Shown here piece by piece: positions 11,404-24,460 of a DNA stretch of 40,960 bases. The translations under genes and the position numbers were made by a program. A model generated the notes under the pieces. It searched no databases and was not told where the DNA came from. It saw only the letters and a program-made list of their open reading frames with translations. How positions within the stretch are numbered: the stretch's first letter is position 1; the number at the start of each line of letters is the position of its first letter. The DNA is from Batkoa obscura (Eukaryota), in the NCBI GenBank assembly GCA_030770535.1, contig JASVEC010000148.1:1-40960 (forward strand). Reading direction: 5' to 3'.

Positions 11404-12759
11404 ATGAGACAAGCTCGTCCAAGCCTTCGATTAAAACCACAGGAAATGAAACTAAATCCTGCTGCCATTAATGGCTCAGATTCCCCTTTTGCTGCTTTTT
11501 CAAAATTTGTGTAAAATTAAACTGTTGATCCTATTTTTTTGTATTAACTCATGTTATTAGTGATCCTTCTGGTAAGCTCAACTTTGGTGGTAAAGCAATA
11601 GTGCATGAGAAGGGGGTGGATTTTTCTAACGGAAATAGTTACAAAATTAACATGAAAGAATTGGAATTAATGGAAGTTCTTGGCAAAGGAATGTATGGTA
11701 CAGTACAAAAAGCTTTTCACAAACCAACAAAAGTTATTATGGCAATGAAAGTATAATTTTATTTCTTTGTGATAAACAGGGTATTTATATTTTTGCTAGG
11801 AAATTCGCTTAGAATTGGACCAAGCTAAATTAAATCAAATTTTGATGGAGTTGGACGTTTTACATAAATCACAAAATCCTTATATTGTAGATTTCTATGG
11901 TGCATTTTTTGTAGAATCCTGTGTTTACTATTGCATGGAATTTATGGATTGCGGGTCGTTAGATTTACTCTGCTGGAAAGGAGTTCCTGAGCCCATTTTA
12001 GCTAGAATAACTGAATCTGTAAGATAATAATATAGCAGTATGATTAATAATTAATTTTTTTAAAGATGATAAAAGGATTGAAGTTCCTTAAAGATGAGCT
12101 ATCTATTATTCATAGAGGTAATACAATTGATTACAACAGTAATTTTTAACTATAAAATTTAGACGTCAAACCTACCAATATTTTGGTCAACTCTAAAGGA
12201 GAGGTTAAACTTTGCGATTTTGGTGTTTCTGGGCAATTGGTTATGTCAATGGCAAAAACACATATAGGATGTCAAAGTTATATGGCACCAGAAAGAATTA
12301 CATCTTCTTCAGCATCAAGCTACACTGTACAATCTGATATATGGTCAGTTGGATTAACAATGTTAGAGGTTGCTACTGGGGATTATCCATATTCTGATAA
12401 GAATTATGATTCAGTATTTGCTCGTTTAAATGCTATTGTTATGACAGAGTCACCTACTCTTCCAGAACCGGAATTTTCCCCAGAAGCAAGGGATTTCGTA
12501 TCACAATGGTAAATCAATAATTAGTTGTATAATATAATTTCATTTATATTTTAAAGTTTAAGAAAAAAACCGGAAGATAGGCCAACTTATTCTGAATTAC
12601 TAGTAAGTTTAAAAATAAGGACAATTTTAAATGATTTAACAAGTTTTCATATAGGGACATCCATTTTTAGTTAAATATCGTGATGTTGAAGTAGATATGG
12701 AAGACTGGGCTAAAACTGCTTTCGAGAATAGGAAACCACCACCAAAAGAAATTGCATAG
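11404..12759 (+). CDS. PBS2: MAP kinase kinase, Pbs2/Wis1-like (HOG pathway), 354 aa, 7 exons
   Basis: Exons 11404-11510, 11561-11750, 11800-12018, 12066-12117, 12163-12508, 12557-12602, 12655-12759. Motifs [60 protein letters not shown]. Confidence 0.92.
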
Positions 12760-13825
12760 GTATAAATTTGATTAAATTGAGGCATTCAATAAATTATAGC
12801 CTTGTCAAGGAAGTTTTATGTAATTCATTGTACCAAACACCGTAATATTAATCATGTTTAACCTGTTTCATCTCACTTATTTAAAGTGATATATAATATT
12901 AACTATTCTATGGCTACCTTTTTTTGTTGAATGTTTGATATTTTTCCTATATTTTGAAGTATTGTTATTAAAAAAATTATTTCATACATTTTTACTTTTA
13001 TGAAAACTTTCCATTTTTATTTTTTATTAATTTATAAGATGATTTAATATATGAGCATTATACAAGGTAGTTAGATAATAAATTGGTGAGTGTATCAATA
13101 TATAATATATTAAAAAATAAAATCAACAGTTCAGTATTTGTGATTTAATTTAATTAATATCAAATTACTATGATTTAATACAATAATTTTTTTAAATTTA
13201 GTTCAAATCAATAATCCCACAAAACCTGTATTCTATGCTAAACACAAACTCAAAAATCTCACAACATGAAACTTTGCGTTATTTTAATTCAAATAAAAAC
13301 AGATCAAAGTTCATTACTAAATAATGAGTACTGATTCAATTTTTTAATTGATTATTGAGATAAATACTAGTTTTTGCTTTGGCCTAAATAATACAATCTA
13401 AGATTATATTAGGTCACCGAAGCTAGTGATAGTTTCCTATCCCACAAATAAAAATAAATAATAAAATCACTATTTTAAAAGGTTTAATTTACTTAACTTA
13501 GCTTTAAGTACCAAGTCAAATTGCCTGCTATAATTCAGTTATTTAAAGGTGCCAATGTGTACTTGAAAACAACTCCTTATTGGTGATGTGTCCCTTTTAG
13601 GTTGATGCTCCCTTTAAATTAGGAATGAAGCTTAATTTTGTTTATTGAACTTATTTCAATTAAACTTTCATTTCTAATTATACATTAAAACAAACTATTT
13701 AATATAGTTAATCTTTATAATAACATGAAAAACTTTTTTATTTTACGTATTAATAGTGAATAAAATATTTAAAATTTCAGATTACTACTAGCTTGATAAA
13801 ATATGGGATCTTTTGAAAAAGATAC

Positions 13826-13920
13826 GGGGATGTATTTTTAAGGATTTTACTAACAAAATTTCCGCTCAAATAGTGCTTAAAAGATAGAAAAAATAATGAA
13901 GCAAAAAAAAAAATGCTCCC
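13826..13920 (+). mobile_element. MITE family 1 copy
   Basis: GGGGATGTATTTTT...TTTCCGCTCAAATAGTGCTTAAAA...AAAAAATGCTCCC. Confidence 0.85.
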
Positions 13921-15401
13921 ACATTTTGTTTTTAATTTTTTAAATAATATATCAGGTATATATTATGTAAAACTGTTTTTTAATATATTTTCAAGCTATT
14001 CAGTATTTTTGAAAAAAATACTAACTTAACTACAGTCTCATTTTAAGTTGTTGAAATATTTACTATCATCATTTTTTTAATTGAATTTTGATAATAATTG
14101 AATAATTGAATAGTTAAATAAATATTATATAATAGTCTTAATTTACTTATTTGAAATATTTAATAGTATAAACTAAGCTAATTTTTGAGACAACAATCAA
14201 ACTATTAAAATGTTAGTTAATTATAAAGAATTATCACAGCTTAAACTTGGTCCATTAGAGTTGAAAACTCTTATGTCTACTATCTGATAGATAATGTATG
14301 TAAATTAAATATAACATTCGAAAGATGTCTTATATAAAACTATATCAGGTATAATTTATATGTCTTTAAAATAGGTTTAGCAATAAATATTTTATTAATA
14401 AATCATTTTTAAACTAAACACCATTTATATTAAAAAATAAAGTACAATCTTAGAGAGTCGCCTAATGATCTTTCAAACTTTGATATTAATTTGGGCTTTG
14501 TCGCGTTTAAGTTTCATAAAAATATTAAAAGTTTGAATAAGTGTTTAAAGCATATTCGTTTTTTCTAATAAAATTTCTTTGTGCTATTAAATGTCTATAA
14601 ACAGCAAACATTGGCATTAAAGATTCTATTAATGAATAAAGGCACTTTATAGAGCAAAACACTAAACTAAATATTACATAAATATGCAAGTAAAACAACA
14701 TGAAGTAGAATTTAGTGTAGTATAAACAATTGGTGAAGCGCCATAAAATAATTTGTACATTTTATTCTCAGATCGTTCTAGAACTCCAATTTCATTTTAG
14801 TAATATAATAATCTTAATCTTAAATTACCATTAATTCATCTATTGTCAACTAAAAAAGATGAATAAGATAAATAAATTGATTTGTTTAAATACTATTGGC
14901 AATTTTGACTTACAGATCTCAAGGAGATTAAAAACAATATCTGTATAAAAATTACATGAAGAGATAGGATAGTAAATGTCCAATAAATTCAATTATTATA
15001 CATGTTTACTTCGGATACCTTGAATTCGGCCCTTGAGTCAAGTCGTTTGGAAAATTTACTTTTAAATTTTCAATTGAGAAGGCTTCAGTTGTTGGTTTGG
15101 CATTGCCAAACTATTTTTTCAAAGTTAGTGAATAGGTAATAAATTACAAAGCCCTTATAAAACCTAGAAATAACTATTAAAATCAAAAAATTGTAAATTT
15201 TGCATTAAGATATATATAATTTAAAACTTAGTATTGTCTTCTAGGATTTTCTAGAATGCTAATGTTTCATGGGATTATAAAAGAATTATAATCGAAAAGG
15301 CTGATTGTTTAGTTTGACATATTTTTATTTGAACTAACATGGTTTACACATCTCCGGTTTCAGATTAACCTTGCATTATCTATTACAATAAGTAAATAAA
15401 T

Positions 15402-15499
15402 GAGAATCTATTTTTTTGTTCAAAAATTTTATTAATAACTTTTCTATTCAAATAGCACTTGAAAAATTGAAAAAGTGATAAAACCAAAAAAAACACCTC
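15402..15499 (+). mobile_element. MITE family 1 copy, degenerate
   Basis: Core TTTCTATTCAAATAGCACTTGAAAA; ends AAAAAAACACCTC; flanks AAAT/AAAT. Confidence 0.75.
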
Positions 15500-16089
15500 A
15501 AATAAAATAGTCCAAGTAGGAAGGTTTTTTGACTTATATAAAGGCTGTTATTTTCTTATAGAAAATGTTATTGGATATCTATATTTGCTCTGCGCTTTAT
15601 AGTCACAAAATTCTTTAAATGCTATTAAACTTTGACATAAACAACCACGTTTACTACTCGGTAGTAATTTAATTTAATGTCAAAGTAATAACTAAATATT
15701 AATTTTTTTTAGAAATTTTTTAGTAAAAAAATAACATATTTAGATATTAGAATGGAAAGATGATAAATAGAATAAAATTACAGCTGTAATGGTGAGGACG
15801 GCATAATTAATGTTTTTAATAAATCAATTTAATACTTTATGAGTTGCATAACATCATAAAGTTTATAATTGAAATAAACTTCAAAAAAATTATGGTAGCA
15901 AATTACTTTTCTATCTTTTTATAGTAACGCGTCGGGTAATTTACTAAAAAAGGCAAATGGGTTAAAATTCTAACAAATTGAGTTAAAAATATACTTCACC
16001 ACATTGGAAACGTTATGTTAGGTCGCTATAAATAATAATTATGTCACTAAATACAAAACTAAACTTTGAAGAATAAAAAAATTATTTCA

Positions 16090-16680
16090 ATGATGTATAA
16101 TGTACCTTATAGTATAAACAGCACAGATAAGCAGCTTAAATCATCTGAATTTAATCCCATTTTGGCTTTACATCCTTATAAGGCACTTTATATGAGAAAA
16201 ATTTACCCAGATTTCACACAATTTGGGCCAGTGTTTGATGACCATGTTTTGACTCCTTTCTTTCCTTTACCTATCACTTCTTCTAATCTATGTACCAATG
16301 GATTAGAAATGATGAATGTAGAAGACAACTTTATTTTAATGAACTCGTCTTTTGATTCGCCTTGTGGTGGATATTATAATATTGATTCTAAAATTTTCGA
16401 TAATTCTATGTCAAACATGAAGTTAAATGATACAGCATATCATAATAAAGGTCATGAATCTAACTTAAAGGCATCTAAAGAAAATTAACTCATAGTTTAC
16501 CAATGTGATATTTGTGGAAAGGTATTTGATCGAAAATATGTACTAAAGCGTCATCATAGATTACATATCAATAAATGAGAATATTACTGTAAACCTTGTG
16601 ATATGGGATTCTACAGGAAAGATATTCATGATCATCATTTAACAACAAAAAAATTCATGAGATCTCATAAAATAATTTAA
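16090..16680 (+). pseudogene. Zinc-finger transcription factor, paralog 2, pseudogene
   Basis: Homology continues in frame past TAA (16486-16488) and TGA (16576-16578) through YQCDICGKVFDRKYVLKRH and YYCKPCDMGFYRKDI to TAA at 16680; the terminal Cys is replaced by Phe. Confidence 0.9.
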
Positions 16681-17552
16681 TATTGCTATCTCAATTTTGT
16701 TTGAGATAAATTTTTTGTACATGTTTGTTGAATTTTAAAATTAAATTGTAAATCTAAAATGAAACTTAGTCTTTTAACTAGTTTCGTGTATTGTAAATTA
16801 TTTAAAGTTTACTTTTATTTTCTTTAGAATAATAATATAAATGTATGTTCCGAAAAAATCAATTTCTTTAAACATATTCAATCATAAATTTAAACCATGT
16901 ATCTTGCTATTGTAAAAATTACCGAAGAACATCACCTGTATATTTATGCCCTTTATGAGAAAGAGGCAATTTAAATGGCTCTAGTTCCCTTTAGTTTCAT
17001 GATCACGACAATAGGATTAAGTATTCGTATTTGAAAACGATAAATGTGGTATAACACTAATAAATTAACACTTATCTATAGGGATCTAAGGATTTTAGAA
17101 AGTTCATAAATTGGAAACAACCAAATTTCAATTTTAGATAAGTAAAAATTCTTTATAGTATCTCCCAGACATAATAAATATACTACTAGTGAATTGTAAT
17201 ATCCCATAATAGGTCATTTATTTTGAACTAAAGTAGCTCATAATCAAGCTAATCTTAGATACTATCATAGTTGTTGGTGATGTGAAAATTTCTTAATCGT
17301 TTAATGTTAAATAATGCCTTTATCTCATTTATAGGGCGATTGGGAAATTTAACTGTATAATTAAGGTGTGTAATCGTGTAAATCGAAATACTACATTTAA
17401 AAAGTTTAAAATCTTGAAAGGAATATTTCAACTACTTAGAGGGGTAGATTAATATAAAAATAATGTCATTTCATTATGTGTTATGCATTTTTAGTACATA
17501 TCACTGTTATTGATGATTTTTTCAATGCTGTTCTAACAACCAAAAAAACCAT

Positions 17553-17651
17553 GAGGATATATTTTTTGGTTTCATTATTTTTCCCATTTTTAAGCGTTAT
17601 CTGAGTGGAAAGATTCTTAGTAAAATTCTTAAACGAAAAAAATATATTCCC
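17553..17651 (-). mobile_element. MITE family 1 copy
   Basis: GAGGATATATTTTTTGGTTTCATTATTTTTCCCA...GAGTGGAAAGATT...AAAAAAATATATTCCC. Confidence 0.8.
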
Positions 17652-19483
17652 ATTTAGCTCTTAAAAAGGCACTTGAATTATTTTTATTTTTCAATTTTTA
17701 CTAGCCTAACTTAAACCAGTAGGAAATGGTTTTCAATATGACATCCTTAACCGCTAGATGTTGAAGCTATTAGATAATCTGAAATGAATTAAAGTGGGAC
17801 TTTTTTACTTAAAATCTCTATTGATAAAGACTAATCAGTCTTAATCTCCAAGTTGTAGTTAATTTAGACAATTAAAATCCCTTATTTTCTCTCTCTAATA
17901 CTCCTCCTAAAGATGTACATTTACCAAAGGCTAGCCGTGAGTCTATCTAAATGTCCTCTGAAGAGAAGGTTCAGATAAAAATCAGTGATAATGTAAATTT
18001 CAAGGAGTTTTTACATAAATAAATGATCCAAAAATATATTTAAAGCTTTTTAAAATAGTGATATAAATATACTCATTCTAAGATATATAGAATGATTATT
18101 TTGAGTTTGTCCCCAAGTTTTACTACCACATATAACAAAAATTTTAAATTCAAAGGGTACAGTAATTGATATGTGACATTACATATTTCTTACCCGAACA
18201 ACTTATTAACGTATAAGCTGTTTATTAATTTTTTTAAATGTTATTTACAGATTATACCTAAATATTGGAGTCTCAGAACGAATACTCTTGTCAAATATGT
18301 GCTCCCAAAAATTATTTCATCCAAATTATAAACATGCATATATACATGATTAAAAAATTTGTCTTTAGTTTAATTTAGATTTATATGACATCAAAGTATA
18401 ATACTCTTTTAAGAGCTTTACAATTAAAATTGGCACCTCTTTATTTTAAAAGGTTTACTTAAAACTCAACGCTTTTTGTATTTAAAATTTGTAAGGACTT
18501 CTTAAGTACTTTTCGTTATTTATTATGCCAAATATATTGATTTAACAAATTATATAATTATTTGTACCCCATACCTCGCTATTTCTTTTATTCATGTGCT
18601 CGATCAGTAGAATGTTTTTAAATGATTTAATATCCTTTGTAATTTCTTTTGCGTCTATATTCTTTATATAGATTTAAGTCATTGTAGCAAAGTTCAAATT
18701 AATTAAATTAAGGATGGCTCAATCGCTTTTAGATAATAAATCTAATTCCCTAATAGTAGCAGCTGTTACGTAAAAAAGTCAATGGCTTTATTTTAAAAGT
18801 GTAGTTGAAATTTATAATGAGATCTCTTTTAAATTGTTTTTTTAAAACCAGAACAATTTTTTAAACTTATTTCTTTATAATGATATATTGTAGTACATTT
18901 CTTCCTATTTACTTTTTTACTAAATAATCTGATTTTTTATATAGTATTTGGGTAGATTTTATTTTGACTATTACTATTACTATTACTATTGTTATTAAAA
19001 AGCATATTTGCTAATTTGAACTAGCATGTCATTTATCTATATATTTTTCTATAACCCTAGTTGAAGCATAGGCCCAGTCTCAGACATTTTAATTCAAGGA
19101 GATTGTAGCTTGAAGCAAAGACTAATGCTTTGATTTAATTGAGTAATATACTGGTTGAATTATATACTAAAAAAACCGAATTTTAAGAGGGTTATAATAT
19201 AGATATTTTTAAATTTATAATAAAATCGGATAGTTTGTCAACTACAAGAATTAAACCGTTAACTGTATCTAAAAAGAACAACCCAGCTAATTTAAAAACT
19301 TCGTATACTTATATAGTAGTAAATAGCAGTAATTTTAAATAAAGTTTATTTATGAGAAAAATTGAAAATTCAAGGGTTTATCTTATTGTTTAATTGAACT
19401 TATGCTGTAAATAGAAAACATGTCAATGTTTAAATTTTATTTTAAACATTCAGTATTCCTTTATAAATTTGTGAACACTATAT

Positions 19484-19577
19484 GGGGAAGTTTTTTTTGA
19501 TTTCATTATTTTTCCCATTTTTTAAGCGCTATTTGAATGGAAAGATTGTTAGTAAAATTCTTAAAAAATACATCCCC
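19484..19577 (-). mobile_element. MITE family 1 copy
   Basis: GGGGAAGTTTTTTTT...AAAAAATACATCCCC; flanks ATAT/ATAT. Confidence 0.9.
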
Positions 19578-20641
19578 ATATTATGAATCATGACTTTTAT
19601 TTTAGATATTTATAAAAAAAAGTAGTGGCTTATTTATATAATAATTAGTCGTTTTTCAATGAACTATTTTGGTGGAAAACACATATTTAAACAAATAGAT
19701 TAAAACTATATATAATTATAAGTGATAGTTTAATGTCAAATCATCAGAAACAAAAATTTAAATAAACTTAATCCAAATATAAATATTACCGTTTGTTATT
19801 AAATCACAAATGATACGTATTTTGAACAGATCATTTAACGTTTTAATTATTACACTTGTTACATTTATTATGTAAGAGAAGTACTATGCTTTGTTAATCT
19901 CAAACAAGTTTATCAATTTGATTATTAAATAGTTGCTGCATACATAGAATAATCATTTCATATTATACTTTATGTTAATCACAGTTTTTAATATTGAAAG
20001 TATAATTTGATAAAGAAATTTTTGATTGGGCTTTATCATCCTTAATTTAAATTAATTATGTTAAATATAACTTGCATATAAACACCGAGGTATTGAAAAT
20101 TAAATTAAATTAAAACCATAAACTTAAAAACTGGCATTTTTATTGTTTCAAATCTTATGGGTTTTTTAACTATTCTTTTAAGGTGATTAAAATTTTTAAA
20201 TAATTGCAGCTTTAGATTTAGTGGCAATTTCAATAATCGCATTACTTCAGCCAATGATAGTCACAATATACAGTCACAAACTCGGACCAATTTTCTATAG
20301 CATCAACTTTTTACTTCACTAGCATTAGTAACCTGGATTAAAGTTGACTAAACTTACGAAAAAGGATGTGGTATTTGTTTTAATTCTTTTTTTGTTTATG
20401 GGCTACAAAAACGTGAAAAAGTGACTTTTTTCTTTATTTGTATGTATCGGAAACTCGTTTTATTTTAGTAATAATTTTTAGAATTAAATTAGCTTTGGCT
20501 TTGTTATTTTAATGCTAAGAGTTTATACTTTAGGATAGTTATACATCACCACAATATATTATATTGGAATAAAATAGTATAAATAGGATGGGAAGCCCGA
20601 TCACTTTCATCAAATTTAATAAATTACGAAATTAGTTTAAC

Positions 20642-21229
20642 ATGAATGAAAGTCTATCTATGAATATGCTCATCAAAGACGGCATTAAGCAGCTTTATTT
20701 TACTCCTAATTTCAATTTATATTATTATAATACCCCTTATGTAAATGAAGTTTATCCTAGTTTTGTACAAACAGAACCGATGCTTGATAATTACATCTTA
20801 CCCCCTTTATCTCCTTTATCGGGTTCCTCTTCTAATGCATATTTTAATGATTTAGAAATGATGGACGTAAAAGATAACTTTACCATGATGAGTCCTCCTT
20901 TTGAGCCTTTTTACGATGGATACTACAATTTTAGTCCTAATACATTTGAGCCTTTATTACCAACTGTGAAATCAAATGATATAATATATAGTAACCCAGG
21001 TAAAAGAAGTAACATGAAAGCATTCAGGGAAAATCGACCTATGATTTATCAATGTGATATCTGTGGAAAGGTATTTGATCGAAAATATGTACTAAAGCGT
21101 CATCGTGGATCACATACAAATAAAAGAGAGTATTACTGTAAACCTTGTGATATGGGATTCTACAGGAAAGATATTTATGATCGTCATTTGTCAACAAAGA
21201 AGTGTATGAAAGCCCACAAACTCACATGA
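20642..21229 (+). CDS. Zinc-finger transcription factor, paralog 3 (intact, 195 aa)
   Basis: C2H2 finger YQCDICGKVFDRKYVLKRHRGSH and a second finger YYCKPCDMGFYRKDIYDRHLSTKKC; Pro/Ser/Tyr/acidic N-terminus; intronless. Confidence 0.9.
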   Translation: MNESLSMNMLIKDGIKQLYFTPNFNLYYYNTPYVNEVYPSFVQTEPMLDNYILPPLSPLSGSSSNAYFNDLEMMDVKDNFTMMSPPFEPFYDGYYNFSPNTFEPLLPTVKSNDIIYSNPGKRSNMKAFRENRPMIYQCDICGKVFDRKYVLKRHRGSHTNKREYYCKPCDMGFYRKDIYDRHLSTKKCMKAHKLT

Positions 21230-22495
21230 TAACTGGTTTTTATATGATAAAAATTTTGTATTTAATTTTAATAAAATAGTTTTATATTTAACTTATGACT
21301 TCTAATTTTGATATTAACTTTTTGTTACAAAAAGTCCAAAGGCTGATGATATATTTTTATACCAAGTTGATTGTTTTCATAATTATTTATTATAAGATAT
21401 GCTAATGACCACATTTTTTTCATTTACTTTCTTCCAACATTCTATTAATTTTGCTAATTTGCGCATCTACAATTAAACTTATTCTTAACCTGGTTCATGC
21501 TAGCTTAGAATAGCTTATGGCTTGAAGAAATGATTGCAATGTATTATTTTATTTGTTTCGTTATTTTCAACTTTAAATGTTAGATATAAATTTACAGCAC
21601 CTTGCGGTTATGTTTTAATTTCTATCTTATAGGTGACCTTTAATTATAGCAATTAATAGTTAAAAAATCTTAGATTCAAACTATAACCAATAATAACACC
21701 ATTAAATAAATACCCTATAATAAATGTATTTTATTAACAGTTTTTAATAAGTTTATTCAATTATTCAAATTTAAAATTACTGTGGTTATATTATACTTGT
21801 TATAAAAAGAGAATGGACTTCAGGTATAAGTCTGTGTTCAATTAAGCTACCAAATTATTATGTATAATAAAACTAGAAACCATGTAAGTATTTTAAAACT
21901 CTATAGCTTAACTTTATATTGGATAAACTTTTATTTTTTAAAGCTTAAATAGTTATTTTTAAGATTTCTAATTTTATTAAATACAAGTAGTTCAAGTAAA
22001 TATTGTACATTCAATAAATAGGGAGGAAATAAGCATTTTTTTGGTTTAATATGAATCTATTCCTAAAACTATAGATAAATTTTTATATTTATAGAAAAAT
22101 CAAGATAGTGTTGTTAAGCTGCATGATATAAATGCATAAGTATTGTCATGGAATTAAAACATTTTCGTATTTCTAAAGTCTATTCTTTTGTTTTTTAAGC
22201 TATTACTAAAGCTATTTTTGATTGTATAGGTGTTTTTTAATCCTTATTATAAACTTTCTATAGTTTGGTTTACTTCATATCATTAAAGCAGCTAAAGTCT
22301 AGAGGTTAATAACCTTATTTTTTTAAATATTTAATCGCTTTTTTTAGATAAAGTAATGTCTTTAAATGTTTATTGAATGTTATTCAATCTGTAGATTTAT
22401 AGCTTCAATTTAGAATTTTAGACTGAGAGGATTCGGGCTATGACCTTAGCTAAGAGCAGATGACAGTTAATATTTTAGGGATTCCTTTTGCACCT

Positions 22496-22594
22496 GTTGG
22501 TGTTTTTTTAGTTCTCCCACTTTTTCCATTTTTCAAGTGCTATTTGAGTGAGAAAGCTATCAGCAAAATTCTTAAACAAAAAAAATACACTTCC
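22496..22594 (-). mobile_element. MITE family 1 copy, degenerate
   Basis: CACTTTTTCCATTTTTCAAGTGCTATTTGAGTGAGAAAG...AAAATTCTTAAACAAAAAAAATACACTTCC. Confidence 0.75.
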
Positions 22595-24460
22595 ATTTAT
22601 TGTTTTCATAGCTAAGTTTCTCTAACTAGTAAAATTGATTTAGGATTTTATAATTATAGGTTGTAATATACATTTAAATGAATAAAGTTATAATATTTAT
22701 AAAAGTACTTGAAAAAAACGTCATAATATGCTAAAAAGATTACTAATTAAAGGTGAGAACATCCAATTTCCTAACACCGACTCCAGATTAAATGCCTTTA
22801 AAATAAACAATAAAGACATGAAAACCTTTATTTACCTTCGTCTTTGTCTCTTTACACTCTTTTAGTATATATGTAAAGCACGTGGGGAATAGGGCTTTCA
22901 AGGATTTTTAAAAAGCTAAACAGTAAATATTATTAAGCTTGTAGTCCTTTTTGCTTCAAATTTATTTTACATTCAGATTAGCAATAAAATGAAGAAAGGT
23001 GGATATTCTAACTTTATTCCACCATTATAAATATGATAAAGGAGAGTTGTAATTCCATAACTGCTTCAAAGCTTCAAAGCTTCAATATACTTTTAGATTG
23101 TGCTCCTGGCCTTTTATAGACAAGAAATATTTTTGGAAATAAATCCTATCTATAGAAAATTCCATATATTCTTTGTAACATATTAAACTAATAACAATTG
23201 AGTAATTTTGTAAAAAATATAATTAATATTTAAACTTTTTAATACATATGTAATAACAAACAGTCTTGAAATTCAATCATATGCTTTGTAAAAACAACTT
23301 TTTTATAACTTTTACATGCAAAATTACTTTTAGACATAGCTTTTACCTCTCTATTTTATGAATAAAAATTTTAAACATGCAAATTCCCACTTGTTTTTGC
23401 TTATGACTTGCTTCTTCAATCCAAGAACAATTGTACTATTAACACATCTTTGGGATTATTTTTACTCAAGCAAAATGCTACTTGTTTATGAGTTTTAATT
23501 GGCACAATATTTGTAAAATTTATATATTGAAGTTATGTACAAATATCCTAATTCCTCAATTATTCACAAGTGTTTTTTACCTATGAATAGCTAAAAGCCT
23601 GTGATATAAGAGCCAACTCTACTTGAGATAAGCTATATTTCTATTGCTTGATTTTGAGAAAAAGGTTATCAGCACTTCGAAAATATGATAATCAGCTTTA
23701 AATCCTCTTGTATTGATAATTATCTAAACATAAACAATACATAAACCATCTATTTTTAGGATCTTTTAACTGTTTGTATACCTAATAGTTTTAATAAATA
23801 TCAAGTATTCAAAAATTAATACTGATATCACATGAAGCTTTTGGCATATATTATTCGATAATGTGAATAGGTGCTAAGATGTTTTTTATTATAAGCATAT
23901 GTGCGACATGTTTATAGATTATTACTAAAGAATTGTTATATACTTACTGAGGTAAGTAATGATATGCTTGGTATCAATAAACTTATATTTGTCTTTAAGC
24001 TAAGTAAGGACTATAACACTTTCAATAAATGGTTACATAATTGATAATAGGTGAAATGAGTTCAATTATTTTGTTGCAATATATTTCATTTGTTATTAGA
24101 AATCGCCTTAAAAGGCATTAAAATTATAATTTTAGAAAGAAATAGGTAGAAAGATATATTGTTATAAAATGATATCACCCACTAAAGTGGTTATTTGTTA
24201 TGAACCTTACCCTGAGTTAATCCAAATAAGAGCAATATTCACGATTTGAGTTTGTAAATAGTAACATCAATTTTTGTTACAATTTTATTAAAATTTGATG
24301 TTTTTGACTAAACTTATCCCAAGCTATTTATAGAAAGATTATACTTTTGGATAATGGAAAAAAATTGACACTACATTTAACCATGATTTAAAAATATATC
24401 GCTTATAAATAAGTACATACATATGGCCTTTTAAAAATAATAACGATAAAAATAACAACG

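Noticed and set aside
16486..16680. Stop-codon readthrough, alternative genetic code or RIP in zinc-finger copy 2
   Set aside because: Two different stops plus loss of a Cys indicate decay; other genes use TAA, TAG and TGA as normal stops; the changes fit general GC-to-AT drift and are too few to claim RIP.
22420..22470. Possible structured RNA or riboswitch-like segment
   Set aside because: No convincing stems or complete consensus.
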